DNA of 63,045 bases, filler included, from a bacterium (GTDB lineage: Bacteria; JACRDZ01; JAQUKH01), in the NCBI GenBank assembly GCA_028719205.1. It is 6 parts of 6 records of this genome, joined end to end, with 100 filler letters (N's around TTAATTAATTAA, not from the genome) between each part and the next. Parts side by side here need not be neighbours in the genome. Positions count along the whole stretch, not along the records: positions 25,960 to 37,436 come from JAQUKH010000051.1; positions 37,537 to 48,159 come from JAQUKH010000053.1; 4 more parts are not named here. One strand, written 5' to 3'. Shown in pieces: positions 30,460 through 39,495 of the stretch; positions within the stretch are counted from its first letter, which is position 1, and the number at the start of each line of letters is the position of its first letter. The position numbers and the translations under genes are program-made. The notes below the pieces were generated by a model that did no database searches, had not been told where the DNA came from, and was given only the letters and a program-made list of their open reading frames with translations.

Positions 30460-30558
30460 GGCACAATGTGGTGCTGAATTAATCATATTTTGATGAACAC
30501 AGGCGTTCAAAAATAGCTTTAAGTTATTAAAAGGCTATTAATGGACGCCTTTTATTTT
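30460..30558 (+). promoter_or_regulatory. ANTAR-type dual hexaloop leader overlapping an intrinsic terminator
   Basis: P1 GGCAC-AATGTG-GTGCT (30460-75) and P2 TGAAC-ACAGGC-GTTCA (30494-509), both with loop A1/G4. P2 overlaps the 5' arm of terminator AGGCGTTCA...TGGACGCCT-TTTATTTT. TATAAT lies at 30448. Confidence 0.8.
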
Positions 30559-30581
30559 GCGGGTAAATCTTAAAAATTAAA

Positions 30582-31280
30582 ATGATCGCAATTATAAAAC
30601 ACATAGGATGTGAAGGTCCCGGGACTTTGGGAGAATTTTTAAAGACCGCGGGATTAACTGCAAAAATTATTGAATTGGGAAAAGGGGAACATTTACCGCC
30701 TGCGGATGAATGTGATGCTGTTGTTTTGCTTGGCGGGCCGATGAACGTTTATGAAGAGGATAAATATCCTTTTTTAAAAGAAGAGGATGAATTTGTAAAA
30801 GAAATCATTAAAAAAGAAATTCCTTTTCTTGGTATTTGCCTGGGCGGCCAGATATTGGCAAAGGCTTTAAACGCAAAGATCAAAAAAGCGCCTGAAAAAG
30901 AAATAGGCTGGTATCCGGTGAATTTGAATTATGCCGCGTATGATGATCCTCTATTTAAAAATTTATATAATGAATTGATCGTTTTTCAGTGGCATGAGGA
31001 CACATTTGAAATACCCGAAAAATGTATTTTACTGGCAGAGTCAAAAACCTGCAAAAATCAGGCATTCAAATATGGTAAAAATGCCTATGGTTTTCAGTTT
31101 CACATTGAAGTTACTCCTCAAATAATAGAGAAATGGGTAAATGAATACGCGGAAGATAGTGCCACAAATATTAATATTCTGAAGTTACGCAGGAATACAC
31201 ACAAAGAAAATAAAATATATATTAAACAAGCCAAACTCATTTATGTTAATTTTCTTAAAATTATAGAAAACAGTAAATAG
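30582..31280 (+). CDS. Type 1 glutamine amidotransferase (GuaA-like GATase)
   Basis: GGPM, LGICLGGQ, QWHEDTF, QFHIE. Confidence 0.95.
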   Translation: MIAIIKHIGCEGPGTLGEFLKTAGLTAKIIELGKGEHLPPADECDAVVLLGGPMNVYEEDKYPFLKEEDEFVKEIIKKEIPFLGICLGGQILAKALNAKIKKAPEKEIGWYPVNLNYAAYDDPLFKNLYNELIVFQWHEDTFEIPEKCILLAESKTCKNQAFKYGKNAYGFQFHIEVTPQIIEKWVNEYAEDSATNINILKLRRNTHKENKIYIKQAKLIYVNFLKIIENSK

Positions 31281-31283
31281 CAG

Positions 31284-31300
31284 TGCCAATAAATAGGGCA
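31284..31300. promoter_or_regulatory. NtrC-type binding box (TGC-N11-GCA)
   Basis: gTGCCAATAAATAGGGCAc, directly upstream of the HTH gene. Confidence 0.5.
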
Positions 31301-31313
31301 CAATCTGGTAAAT

Positions 31314-31688
31314 ATGATCACAATATTGATTTCTGAAAATGAAAAAAAGACAAAAAAAATAATTAGTGAAATATTGTCTAAAGAAGGATATACCGGGTCT
31401 GATGTTTTGGGGCAGGAGAATGTTTTTAAGGTTGTTAATAGAGAAAAAATTAATAATTTAAGATCCTTAAAAGAAAATATTATTGAGTTTGATGATTCTT
31501 TTCTTAAGGAAAATAAAGGTAACTTATATAAAGTAGTTTTAGAGATTATAGAAAAACCTTTAATAGCACATGTTCTTAAGCATTCAGATGGTAATCAATT
31601 AAAAGCCGCAAGAATTTTAGGAATTAACCGTAACACAATGCGCGCAAAAATTAAAAAATATAATATAGACCCTGAGTCATACAAATAA
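31314..31688 (+). CDS. Small Fis/NtrC-type HTH regulator with a vestigial receiver-like N-terminus and no AAA+ domain
   Basis: C-terminal IEKPLIAHVLKHSDGNQLKAARILGINRNTMRAKIK; N-terminal 'ILISENE...ISEILSKEGY' resembles the start of a REC domain. Confidence 0.85.
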   Translation: MITILISENEKKTKKIISEILSKEGYTGSDVLGQENVFKVVNREKINNLRSLKENIIEFDDSFLKENKGNLYKVVLEIIEKPLIAHVLKHSDGNQLKAARILGINRNTMRAKIKKYNIDPESYK

Positions 31689-31708
31689 TATGCTTGTCTA
31701 AATATTTA

Positions 31709-31744
31709 TTGACAAAAATTATTTGTTTGCTATAATTATAGGCA
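31709..31744 (+). promoter_or_regulatory. gltBD sigma70 promoter overlapped by a TGC-N11-GCA box
   Basis: TTGACA(31709)-16 bp-TATAAT(31731) with TGn; TGCTATAATTATAGGCA at 31728-31744. Confidence 0.7.
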
Positions 31745-31787
31745 AGACAAAGGCGTCTGCTAAAATATCATTGCGGATGCTTTTTTT
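31745..31787 (+). terminator. Leader terminator with an overlapping ANTAR-type hexaloop upstream of gltB
   Basis: AGAC-AAAGGC-GTCT hairpin; terminator AAAGGCGTCTGC/GCGGATGCTTTT plus T run. A second hairpin plus T run lies at about 31806-31835. Confidence 0.7.
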
Positions 31788-31883
31788 ATTTAAGGATTAA
31801 TATTTAAAGAGGCGTCTATATGACGGCTCTTTTTTAATTATGGAAGTGAAAGGCCGGAAGTTCCGGATAATGAGTAACTATTT

Positions 31884-34800
31884 ATGAATAAAATAGAAAT
31901 ATTTGAAAAAAATGGATTATATGACTCAAGGTTTGAACATGATGCCTGTGGTGTAGGTTTTGTATGTAACATCAAAGGTGTAAAGTCAAATGAGATTGTT
32001 AAACAGGGATTAGAAGTTTTACGCCGCTTGACACATCGCGGGGCAACCGGGGCAGACCCCAGGACAGGTGATGGCGCAGGTATATTGATCCAGATGCCGC
32101 ATGAATTTTTTGTACGGAAAGCTGCGGAATCAAAAATTAAACTGTCTGAAGAAGGTTATTATGGTACAGGCCTTGTTTTTTTACCGACAAATTTAAAGGA
32201 TAACCAATTTTGCAAGGAAGTTTTCTCTAAAATTTTAAAAGAAGAAGGCCAGTCTATTCTTGGCTGGCGTAAGGTTGCGTTAAATAATAGCGAAATTGGT
32301 AAAACCGCACAGAAAAGTGAGCCGGTAATTGAGCAAATCTTCATCGGACGGAACAAAAATATTAAAGATCAATTAGCTTTTGAAAGAGTTCTTTATATTA
32401 TTCGTAAACGTGTTGAAAATGCTGTTCGAAATTCGGATATCATACAAAAATCATTTTTCTATATAACTAATCTTTCCAGTAAAACTTTTTCGTATAAAGG
32501 GCTTTTAATGCCGGCCCAGGTAGAAAATTTCTTTCTTGACCTGAAGGAAAATGACCTGAAAAGCTCGCTATGCTTAGTCCATTCCCGTTACAGTACAAAT
32601 ACATTTCCTACATGGGATTTATCACAGCCTTTCAGGTACTTAGCCCATAATGGTGAAATAAATACCTTAAGAGGAAATATCAACTGGATGCGGGCCAGGG
32701 AAGGCCTGTTGAAAAGCAGCTTATTTGATAAAAAATTGAAAAACCTTTTCCCTGTTATAGTTCCCGGAGGCAGCGATTCAGCTGCGCTTGATAATGTTTT
32801 TGAGCTTTTAGTTTTGGCAGGAAGGCCGTTACCTGAAACAATGATGATGCTTATTCCAAGTGCCTGGGAACGTAACAATCTAATGGATGAAAAAGTTAAA
32901 GATTTCTATAAATATCATGCCTGTCTTATGGAACCATGGGATGGCCCTGCGGCGATCGCGTTTACTGACGGCTCAAAGATAGGAGCATTGCTCGATAGAA
33001 ATGGACTTCGGCCGGCCCGGTATATCGTTACAAAAAATGATTTTGTGGTAATGGCTTCAGAAATGGGGGTTTTGGATATTCCGGCGGAAAATATTATTCA
33101 TTCAGGACGGCTTGAACCGGGGAAAATATTTTTCATCGATACCGAGTTAGGCAAAATTATTGATGATGCTGAAGTGAAAGAAAAAATGGCATCCCTGCAG
33201 CCTTACGCCGAATGGCTTGATAATATGCTTGACCTTGATGATATTGTTAAAAAAGATACTTATGACAAAAAATCTGAAGATTTTGATCTTTTAGAAAATT
33301 TAAAGGCTTTTGGATATACCCGTGAGGATTTGAAATTAATAATAAAACCGATGGCTGAAACTGCTCAGGAACCTGTTGGGTCAATGGGGAACGATACGCC
33401 TCTTGCGGTTTTATCAAATAAAAATCAGATACTTTATAATTATTTTAAGCAACTTTTTGCCCAGGTTACAAATCCTCCGGTGGATCCTATCCGTGAAGAG
33501 ATCGTTATGAGCATGGAAAGTTATCTTGGCCCGGAAAAAAATATTTTTGAGGAGGGTCCTGCTCATTGCCTGAAGCTCAGAGTTAAGCAACCGGTTCTTT
33601 CTAATAAGGAGCTAACTTCGATCATTAATATTAAAGAAGGCGGGTTTAAAACTAAAGTAATATCTGTTCTTTTTAAAGTTAAGAATGAAAAAGATTTTGA
33701 AAAGGTTTTAAATAAAATAGGTAAAGATGCTGAAAAGGCTATAAAAGAAGGGTTTACTTTTATTGTTTTGAGCGATCGCGGTATCGATAAGGATCATGCT
33801 TCCCTGCCTATGCTTCTGGCATTAGGCGCAGTACATCAGCATCTCGTCAAAAAAAGTATGAGGAAACAGATAAGCATTTTTATTGAAAGCGCTGAACCCA
33901 GGGAAGTCCATCATTTCGCGCTTTTGTTCGGTTATGGCGCGGATTGTATCAATCCGTATCTGGCGTATGAAGCCGTAAATGACCTGATCAAGCAGGATGA
34001 AATAAAATTAGATGAGAAGACGGCTAATTATAATTATATTAAAGCGGTAAATAAGGGGATTTTTAAAATACTTTCTAAGATGGGAATTTCTACTTTGCAG
34101 AGTTATAAGGGTGCGCAGGTTTTTGAGGCGATTGGATTGAGCAAAGAGGTTATTGATAAGAGTTTCACAGGTACTGTTTCGCGGATAGGCGGGGCAAACC
34201 TTTCTATAATTGCCGCGGAATCTGTTTTAAGGCATAAAGAAGTTTATTCTGCCGGGAATTTAAATGGAAATATTCTTGCGAGTGGAGGTCAATATCAGTG
34301 GAAGAAAGACGGAGAATTCCATTTATGGAATCCTGAAACTATCGCCGCTTTACAGGATGCCGTCAGAAATGAAGATTATCAGAAGTATAAAGAATTCGCC
34401 GGTATGATAAATGATCAGTCAAAAAATCCTGCCACGCTCAGAAGTGTATTAAAGCTAAGAAAAACTAACTCTATTCCTTTGGATGAAGTTGAACCGGTTG
34501 AAAAAATATTTAAACGTTTTGTCACCGGAGCGATGAGTTTTGGCTCTATAAGCAAGGCCGCGCATGAAAGTTTAGCTATAGCGATGAACCGGATAGGCGG
34601 GAGGTCAAATACAGGTGAGGGAGGCGAGGATCCGCAAAGATTTACTCCAAGGCTTAATGGTGATTCATGCCGGAGCGCGATCAAACAGGTCGCGTCAGGC
34701 CGGTTTGGAGTGACCACTAATTATCTGGTTAACGCGGATGAGATCCAGATTAAAATATCACAGGGCGCGAAACCTGGAGAGGGAGGCCAGCTGCCCGGAC

Positions 34801-36416
34801 ACAAGGTAAGCGCGATAATCGCGAAGACTCGTTATACGACAGCGGGTGTAACATTGATATCTCCTCCACCCCATCATGATATCTATTCAATAGAGGATCT
34901 GGCTCAGCTTATTTATGACCTGAAAAATGTAAATCCAAAAGCAAGGATAAGCGTGAAATTAGTATCAGAGATCGGTGTCGGGACAGTTGCAGCGGGTGTT
35001 GCTAAGGGGCATGCTGATATGATCTTAATTTCCGGCGGAGATGGAGGAACAGGCGCATCTCCTTTAAGTTCAATTAAACACGCAGGGCTTCCATGGGAAT
35101 TAGGGCTTTCAGAAACGCATCAAACGCTTGTTTTGAATGACCTTCGAAGCCGTGTCAGATTGCAGACCGACGGACAGATGAGGACAGGGCGTGATGTCGC
35201 GATAGCCGCGATGTTAGGCGCGGAGGAATATGGTTTCTGCACATCAGCTTTAATTATATTAGGATGCGTGATGCTTAGGCATTGCAACCTTAATAATTGT
35301 TCAGTGGGAATTGCCACACAGGATGAATATTTAGAAAGTAAATTCCGTGGCAGGTCGGAAGACATAGTTACATATTTCAATTTTGTTGCGAGGGAACTGC
35401 GTGAGATCATGGCCGGACTTGGTATAAGGAAAATGGATGAATTGATCGGTGAAACACAATTATTGGAAGTTAACGAAGCAATTCTTCCCTGGAAGGCAAA
35501 GGGGATAGATATGTCCCGCATTCTTTACAAGCCTGAAATGCCGAAAGATGTTGGCCGTTTTTATACTACCCCGCAGGACCATAATATCAATGATGTTTTA
35601 GATAGAAAATTAATAAAACTTTCACAGCCTGCTTTAAAAGAAAAAAAACAGGTTAAAATTGAACTACCGATAGAGAACATTAATAGGACTACAGGCGCGA
35701 TGTTAAGCGGTGAGATCTGTACAAAATACGGAGAGGAAGGGCTTTCACCTGATACTGTTTACTGTAAATTTAACGGTGTGTCGGGCCAGAGTTTCGGAGC
35801 ATTTTTAGCAAAAGGAGTAACTTTTGAACTGGAAGGAATGGCTAATGATTATGTCGGAAAAGGTATTTCCGGCGGGAAGATCATTATTTATCCGGATAAA
35901 AAATGCGGGTTTAAAGCGGAAGAAAATATTATTATGGGAAACACTACATTCTATGGCGCGATATCAGGCGAAGCGTATATCCGAGGGGTTGCGGGTGAAA
36001 GATTTTGTATAAGGAATTCCGGATTGTACGCGGTAGTTGAAGGTGTAGGCGACCATGGCTGTGAGTATATGACCGGGGGCAGGGTCGTGGTTCTTGGAAA
36101 AACCGGAAGGAATTTTGCCGCGGGAATGTCAGGCGGGATAGCCTATATTTATGATAAAGATAAGAGCTTTAAAGATAAATGCAACATGGAAATGGTTAAA
36201 CTGGAAGGATTGGGAAAAGAAGACGCGGAAATTATCGAAAAACTGATATCATCACATTATAAATATACTCAAAGCCAGTTGGCAAAAAATATAATGGATA
36301 GTTTTGAATCCGAGATAAATAAATTTGTTAAAGTAATGCCGATGGAATATAAAAGAATACTTGATTTGAAAAAATTAGAAGAAAAAAAAGGTTTGGGTGA
36401 GGTATCGGAGGGGTAA
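31884..36416 (+). CDS. gltB: Glutamate synthase large subunit
   Basis: HDACGVGF, HSRYSTNT, HNGEINT, GAMSFGS, QGAKPGEGGQLPG, 3Fe-4S cysteines, C-terminal GXGXG repeats. Confidence 0.99.
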   Translation: MNKIEIFEKNGLYDSRFEHDACGVGFVCNIKGVKSNEIVKQGLEVLRRLTHRGATGADPRTGDGAGILIQMPHEFFVRKAAESKIKLSEEGYYGTGLVFLPTNLKDNQFCKEVFSKILKEEGQSILGWRKVALNNSEIGKTAQKSEPVIEQIFIGRNKNIKDQLAFERVLYIIRKRVENAVRNSDIIQKSFFYITNLSSKTFSYKGLLMPAQVENFFLDLKENDLKSSLCLVHSRYSTNTFPTWDLSQPFRYLAHNGEINTLRGNINWMRAREGLLKSSLFDKKLKNLFPVIVPGGSDSAALDNVFELLVLAGRPLPETMMMLIPSAWERNNLMDEKVKDFYKYHACLMEPWDGPAAIAFTDGSKIGALLDRNGLRPARYIVTKNDFVVMASEMGVLDIPAENIIHSGRLEPGKIFFIDTELGKIIDDAEVKEKMASLQPYAEWLDNMLDLDDIVKKDTYDKKSEDFDLLENLKAFGYTREDLKLIIKPMAETAQEPVGSMGNDTPLAVLSNKNQILYNYFKQLFAQVTNPPVDPIREEIVMSMESYLGPEKNIFEEGPAHCLKLRVKQPVLSNKELTSIINIKEGGFKTKVISVLFKVKNEKDFEKVLNKIGKDAEKAIKEGFTFIVLSDRGIDKDHASLPMLLALGAVHQHLVKKSMRKQISIFIESAEPREVHHFALLFGYGADCINPYLAYEAVNDLIKQDEIKLDEKTANYNYIKAVNKGIFKILSKMGISTLQSYKGAQVFEAIGLSKEVIDKSFTGTVSRIGGANLSIIAAESVLRHKEVYSAGNLNGNILASGGQYQWKKDGEFHLWNPETIAALQDAVRNEDYQKYKEFAGMINDQSKNPATLRSVLKLRKTNSIPLDEVEPVEKIFKRFVTGAMSFGSISKAAHESLAIAMNRIGGRSNTGEGGEDPQRFTPRLNGDSCRSAIKQVASGRFGVTTNYLVNADEIQIKISQGAKPGEGGQLPGHKVSAIIAKTRYTTAGVTLISPPPHHDIYSIEDLAQLIYDLKNVNPKARISVKLVSEIGVGTVAAGVAKGHADMILISGGDGGTGASPLSSIKHAGLPWELGLSETHQTLVLNDLRSRVRLQTDGQMRTGRDVAIAAMLGAEEYGFCTSALIILGCVMLRHCNLNNCSVGIATQDEYLESKFRGRSEDIVTYFNFVARELREIMAGLGIRKMDELIGETQLLEVNEAILPWKAKGIDMSRILYKPEMPKDVGRFYTTPQDHNINDVLDRKLIKLSQPALKEKKQVKIELPIENINRTTGAMLSGEICTKYGEEGLSPDTVYCKFNGVSGQSFGAFLAKGVTFELEGMANDYVGKGISGGKIIIYPDKKCGFKAEENIIMGNTTFYGAISGEAYIRGVAGERFCIRNSGLYAVVEGVGDHGCEYMTGGRVVVLGKTGRNFAAGMSGGIAYIYDKDKSFKDKCNMEMVKLEGLGKEDAEIIEKLISSHYKYTQSQLAKNIMDSFESEINKFVKVMPMEYKRILDLKKLEEKKGLGEVSEG

Positions 36417-37436
36417 TGGCTGACCTTAGAGGTTTCATAAAAATTAAAAGAAAAAAACCGGAATATCGCCCTGTTTGCGAGCGTGTAAAAGATTTCGGAG
36501 AAGTAACAATATTGCGCAAACTGGAACATTCACAGGAACAATCACTGCGTTGTATGGATTGCGGAACGCCGTTTTGTCACTGGGGTTGTCCATTGGGGAA
36601 TATTATTCCCGAGTGGAATTATTTATTGTCTAATGGTAAGATCGAAAAGGCGGTTGAGCTTCTGCAGTCGACTAATAATTTTCCTGAATTTACCGGAAGG
36701 ATCTGCCCCGCGATATGCGAATTTGCCTGCGTTTTAGGAATCAATGATGACGCGGTCACTAATCGTGAAAATGAATTAGCGATAGTTGAAAACGCGTTTA
36801 AGCAGGGTTTTATTAAAGCGAATCCGCCGAAAAAACGCACACGTAAAAAAGTCGCGGTTGTAGGTTCAGGCCCCGCGGGAATGGCCTGCGCCGATCAGTT
36901 AAATAAATACGGGCATAACGTGACAGTTTTTGAGCGGGATGATAAAATCGGAGGGATTCTGCGTTATGGAATTCCTGATTTTAAACTGGAAAAAAATATT
37001 ATTGACCGCCGCGTTGAAATTTTAAAAAAAGAAGGTATAAAATTTAAAACAAAAATCAATGTAGGGGTTGATAAATCCATAGCGGAATTGAAAGAAAAAT
37101 TTGACGCGATCTGTTTAGCAGGCGGGAGCAGGTCTCCGCGTGACCTGAAAATTGAGGGAAGAGAATTAAAAGGTATCCATTTCGCGATGGATTTTCTGAT
37201 ACAGGCGAATCACCGCAATAACGGGAAAAAAATATCAAAAGATAAACTGATAGATGTTAAAGATAAAAATGTAGTGGTTATCGGCGGCGGTGACACAGGC
37301 GCCGATTGTATAGGTGTGGCCCACAGGCAAGGCGCGAAATGTGTGGTTCAACTGGAAATTTTGCCGTGTCCGCCGAAAGAACGCACACGCGATTTTCCCT
37401 GGCCGAAATATCCGATGCTTTTCAAAAGTTCTACCA
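36416..37436 (+). CDS. gltD: Glutamate synthase small subunit (truncated by contig end)
   Basis: RCMDCGTPFCH, FPEFTGRICP, VGSGPAG, IGGGDTGADC. Confidence 0.97.
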
Positions 37437-37536
37437 NNNNNNNNNNNNNNNNNNNNNNNNNNNNNNNNNNNNNNNNNNNNTTAATTAATTAANNNNNNNN
37501 NNNNNNNNNNNNNNNNNNNNNNNNNNNNNNNNNNNN
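37437..37536. other. Artificial contig-joining spacer
   Basis: N run with TTAATTAATTAA. Confidence 0.98.
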
Positions 37537-37632
37537 ACAAAAGAAAATCCTGGAACTTTTAAAGGTGAAATTAGTGTAGACAGTAAAATTTAAAAATATT
37601 TTACACTTTACTGTTTTACTATAAGGGAGATA

Positions 37633-39216
37633 CTACGAATTTAGCCAAGTAAAATCCGTTTTTTGCCGGTTGGAATTTTTGAGCTCCCTAGCCAGTTCCA
37701 GCGTAATATATTCCGGTTTGCCGTATTCCTTAATCAGATGGTTTACGACTTTGCGTATTTCGGTCAAACAGCGGCTCACGATCGGATTACGGACGATTTC
37801 CGGATATTCGGTCAGAGGCGGCAGTTCGTCGAGTTCTTCGGCGGCGGCGAAAGTTTCGGGATAATGATATTTTACCGCAGTTTGAAGAGCGACTCCGGCT
37901 TTCAGGTCCGGCAGCAGAATATTTATCGCTTTCAATGATAAATTGCAGTAATCGTCTTCCAGAGTTATATTTGCAAACTCAGTTGCTTTTGCCGCATCCA
38001 GCCCCCAGTGACTTTGAGCCCGCCGGCATAATGCGTTTACTTTTTCAAAGCTTCTGAGATCCTGCAATATGGCATTCTGTTTTTCCTGCGGAAAAGCAAA
38101 CCAGTCTTCGCCCCAGATCTGATAGAGTTTGCCGTTGATGGCATGGCCCTTGATTTTCTTGTCGCCGCCGGCTTCGAGGCTGAATTGACGGTTATTTTTG
38201 AGTCCCAGAAGCTTTTTGGCCCTGGCAAAAGTCAAATGGGACGTTTTATCCAGATGTCCGCCCCGGCCGCTCAGCGCCGAAGTTAAAATCTCCCGTTCAT
38301 TTTCAGACAACTCACGGGGCGCGCAAGTTTCTTCTTCCTGGATGCGTAAATTATTGACCTGGGTATAAATCCTGAATTCCTGAGCCTCCATGGTATTCCA
38401 TGCCGCCCGCCGGCGCTCGGGTTCAAATTCGCATCTGCCGATTAAATTTTTAACGCTCTTGAGCGGGCGTTGATAAAATATGGCATTTTTCAGGACTTTG
38501 TACAGATCATTCGGGATCAGGTTTTTCTGTGCCCGGCAAATCCGTTCAAATTCATCGGCGAATAAATCCCGGGAGGAATAACGGCCCCGAATGCGTTTTT
38601 CGACCGGATTTACGTTCGCGAAATATTCTCCCAAAGTTCGGGAACCGGTCGCAGTTATCGCTTCTTTGAGAGCGCTGATTGCTTTTTTTACTATGCTTCT
38701 GGTTTCTTCATCTTTTTCCCCGGCCTTGCTTTTACGGTTAGACAGAAAGCCGCGTCTTTGTCCCAGATGGTATAAGGCCCGACCGAGTTCATAGCCGCTT
38801 AATGGCTTATCCAGAGCCAGCTTGCGAATGAAATAAGGCAGAATCTGGCTTAGCTGTTCCCGGCTGTATTGGGGATATTTTTTCAGATATTGATCAATAA
38901 GATTTTTATCCCGGGCAGCTATATCCCGGGCAAAATTTGCCTCCGGGGGCAGGAGATCAGCGGCTTGTAACAGACGGCGCAGGCGGGTCATTCGTATCCG
39001 CCGCCGCCTGATTTGCCGGCGCATCAGGCGTTTTTCTCTTCTTTCCGTCGCGTGTGATACCGGTTTTGCGGTTTCCGCTTTATCCATCCCGGCTTCAAAG
39101 ATTCTGCTGCCGGCATTCAATAAGCCGATTCTTTCGTCTTTGCGGTTTAATTCCACTGCGCTCCAGCCGACTGAAGTTACTCCTGAATCTAAACCCAGCA
39201 CATATTTTTTTTGCAT
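37633..39216 (-). pseudogene. cas9: Type II-C Cas9, N-terminal half only (RuvC-I, bridge helix, REC lobe, RuvC-II); HNH, RuvC-III, WED and PI absent
   Basis: YVLGLDSGVTSVGW, Arg-rich bridge helix, HLGQRRGFLSNRK, IFYQRPLKS, GRCEFEP, NLSLKAI, RNPIVSRCL, ITLELARELK, then a real stop 96 bp before the contig edge. No continuation in the other frames. Confidence 0.92.
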
Positions 39217-39233
39217 TTTTTTCTCCCGGCTTG

Positions 39234-39262
39234 TTGATAATTGTTTCGCAAGGCATTATCTT
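39234..39262 (+). promoter_or_regulatory. Putative tracrRNA promoter
   Basis: TTGATA(39234)-17 bp-TATCTT(39257), divergent from cas9. Confidence 0.55.
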
Positions 39263-39268
39263 ATATCT

Positions 39269-39371
39269 AAACTTTACAAGTCTCAGTAAGACTCTTTAAA
39301 GAGTTCTTTATTGAGTCGAAGGCTTGCTTCCGAGGAAGCACCACCGGCAGTCCCAGAGGCTGCTTTTTTTT
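39269..39371 (+). ncRNA. tracrRNA (type II-C architecture) with a 5' fold-back hairpin
   Basis: Divergent from cas9. Long hairpin GTCTCAGTAAGACTCT-TTAA-AGAGTTCTTTATTGAGTC, nexus AAGG-CT-TGCTTC(CGAG)GAAGCA-CC, terminal hairpin GGCAGTC-CCAGA-GGCTGCT and T8. Confidence 0.78.
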
Positions 39372-39495
39372 GGAGGTATCCTCCTGTTTCCGTCTCTATC
39401 ATACAATGGGGTGTATAATGGTATTATACAGGTAAATTACATTTTTCCAAAATTTTTTGTCTTTTTCCCAACGTTTTATATTTCACAGGGATAAA

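Noticed and set aside
30459-30475. sigma54 promoter (GGCAC...GC)
   Set aside because: GG-to-GC spacing is 11 rather than 10; better explained as the ANTAR P1 hairpin or an NtrC half-site.
37620-37680. Frameshift continuation of cas9
   Set aside because: The alternative frames stop within a few codons and show no HNH-linker similarity.
39408-39437. dif/Xer site
   Set aside because: The central spacer is 5 bp rather than 6, and the right arm does not match TTATGTTAAAT.
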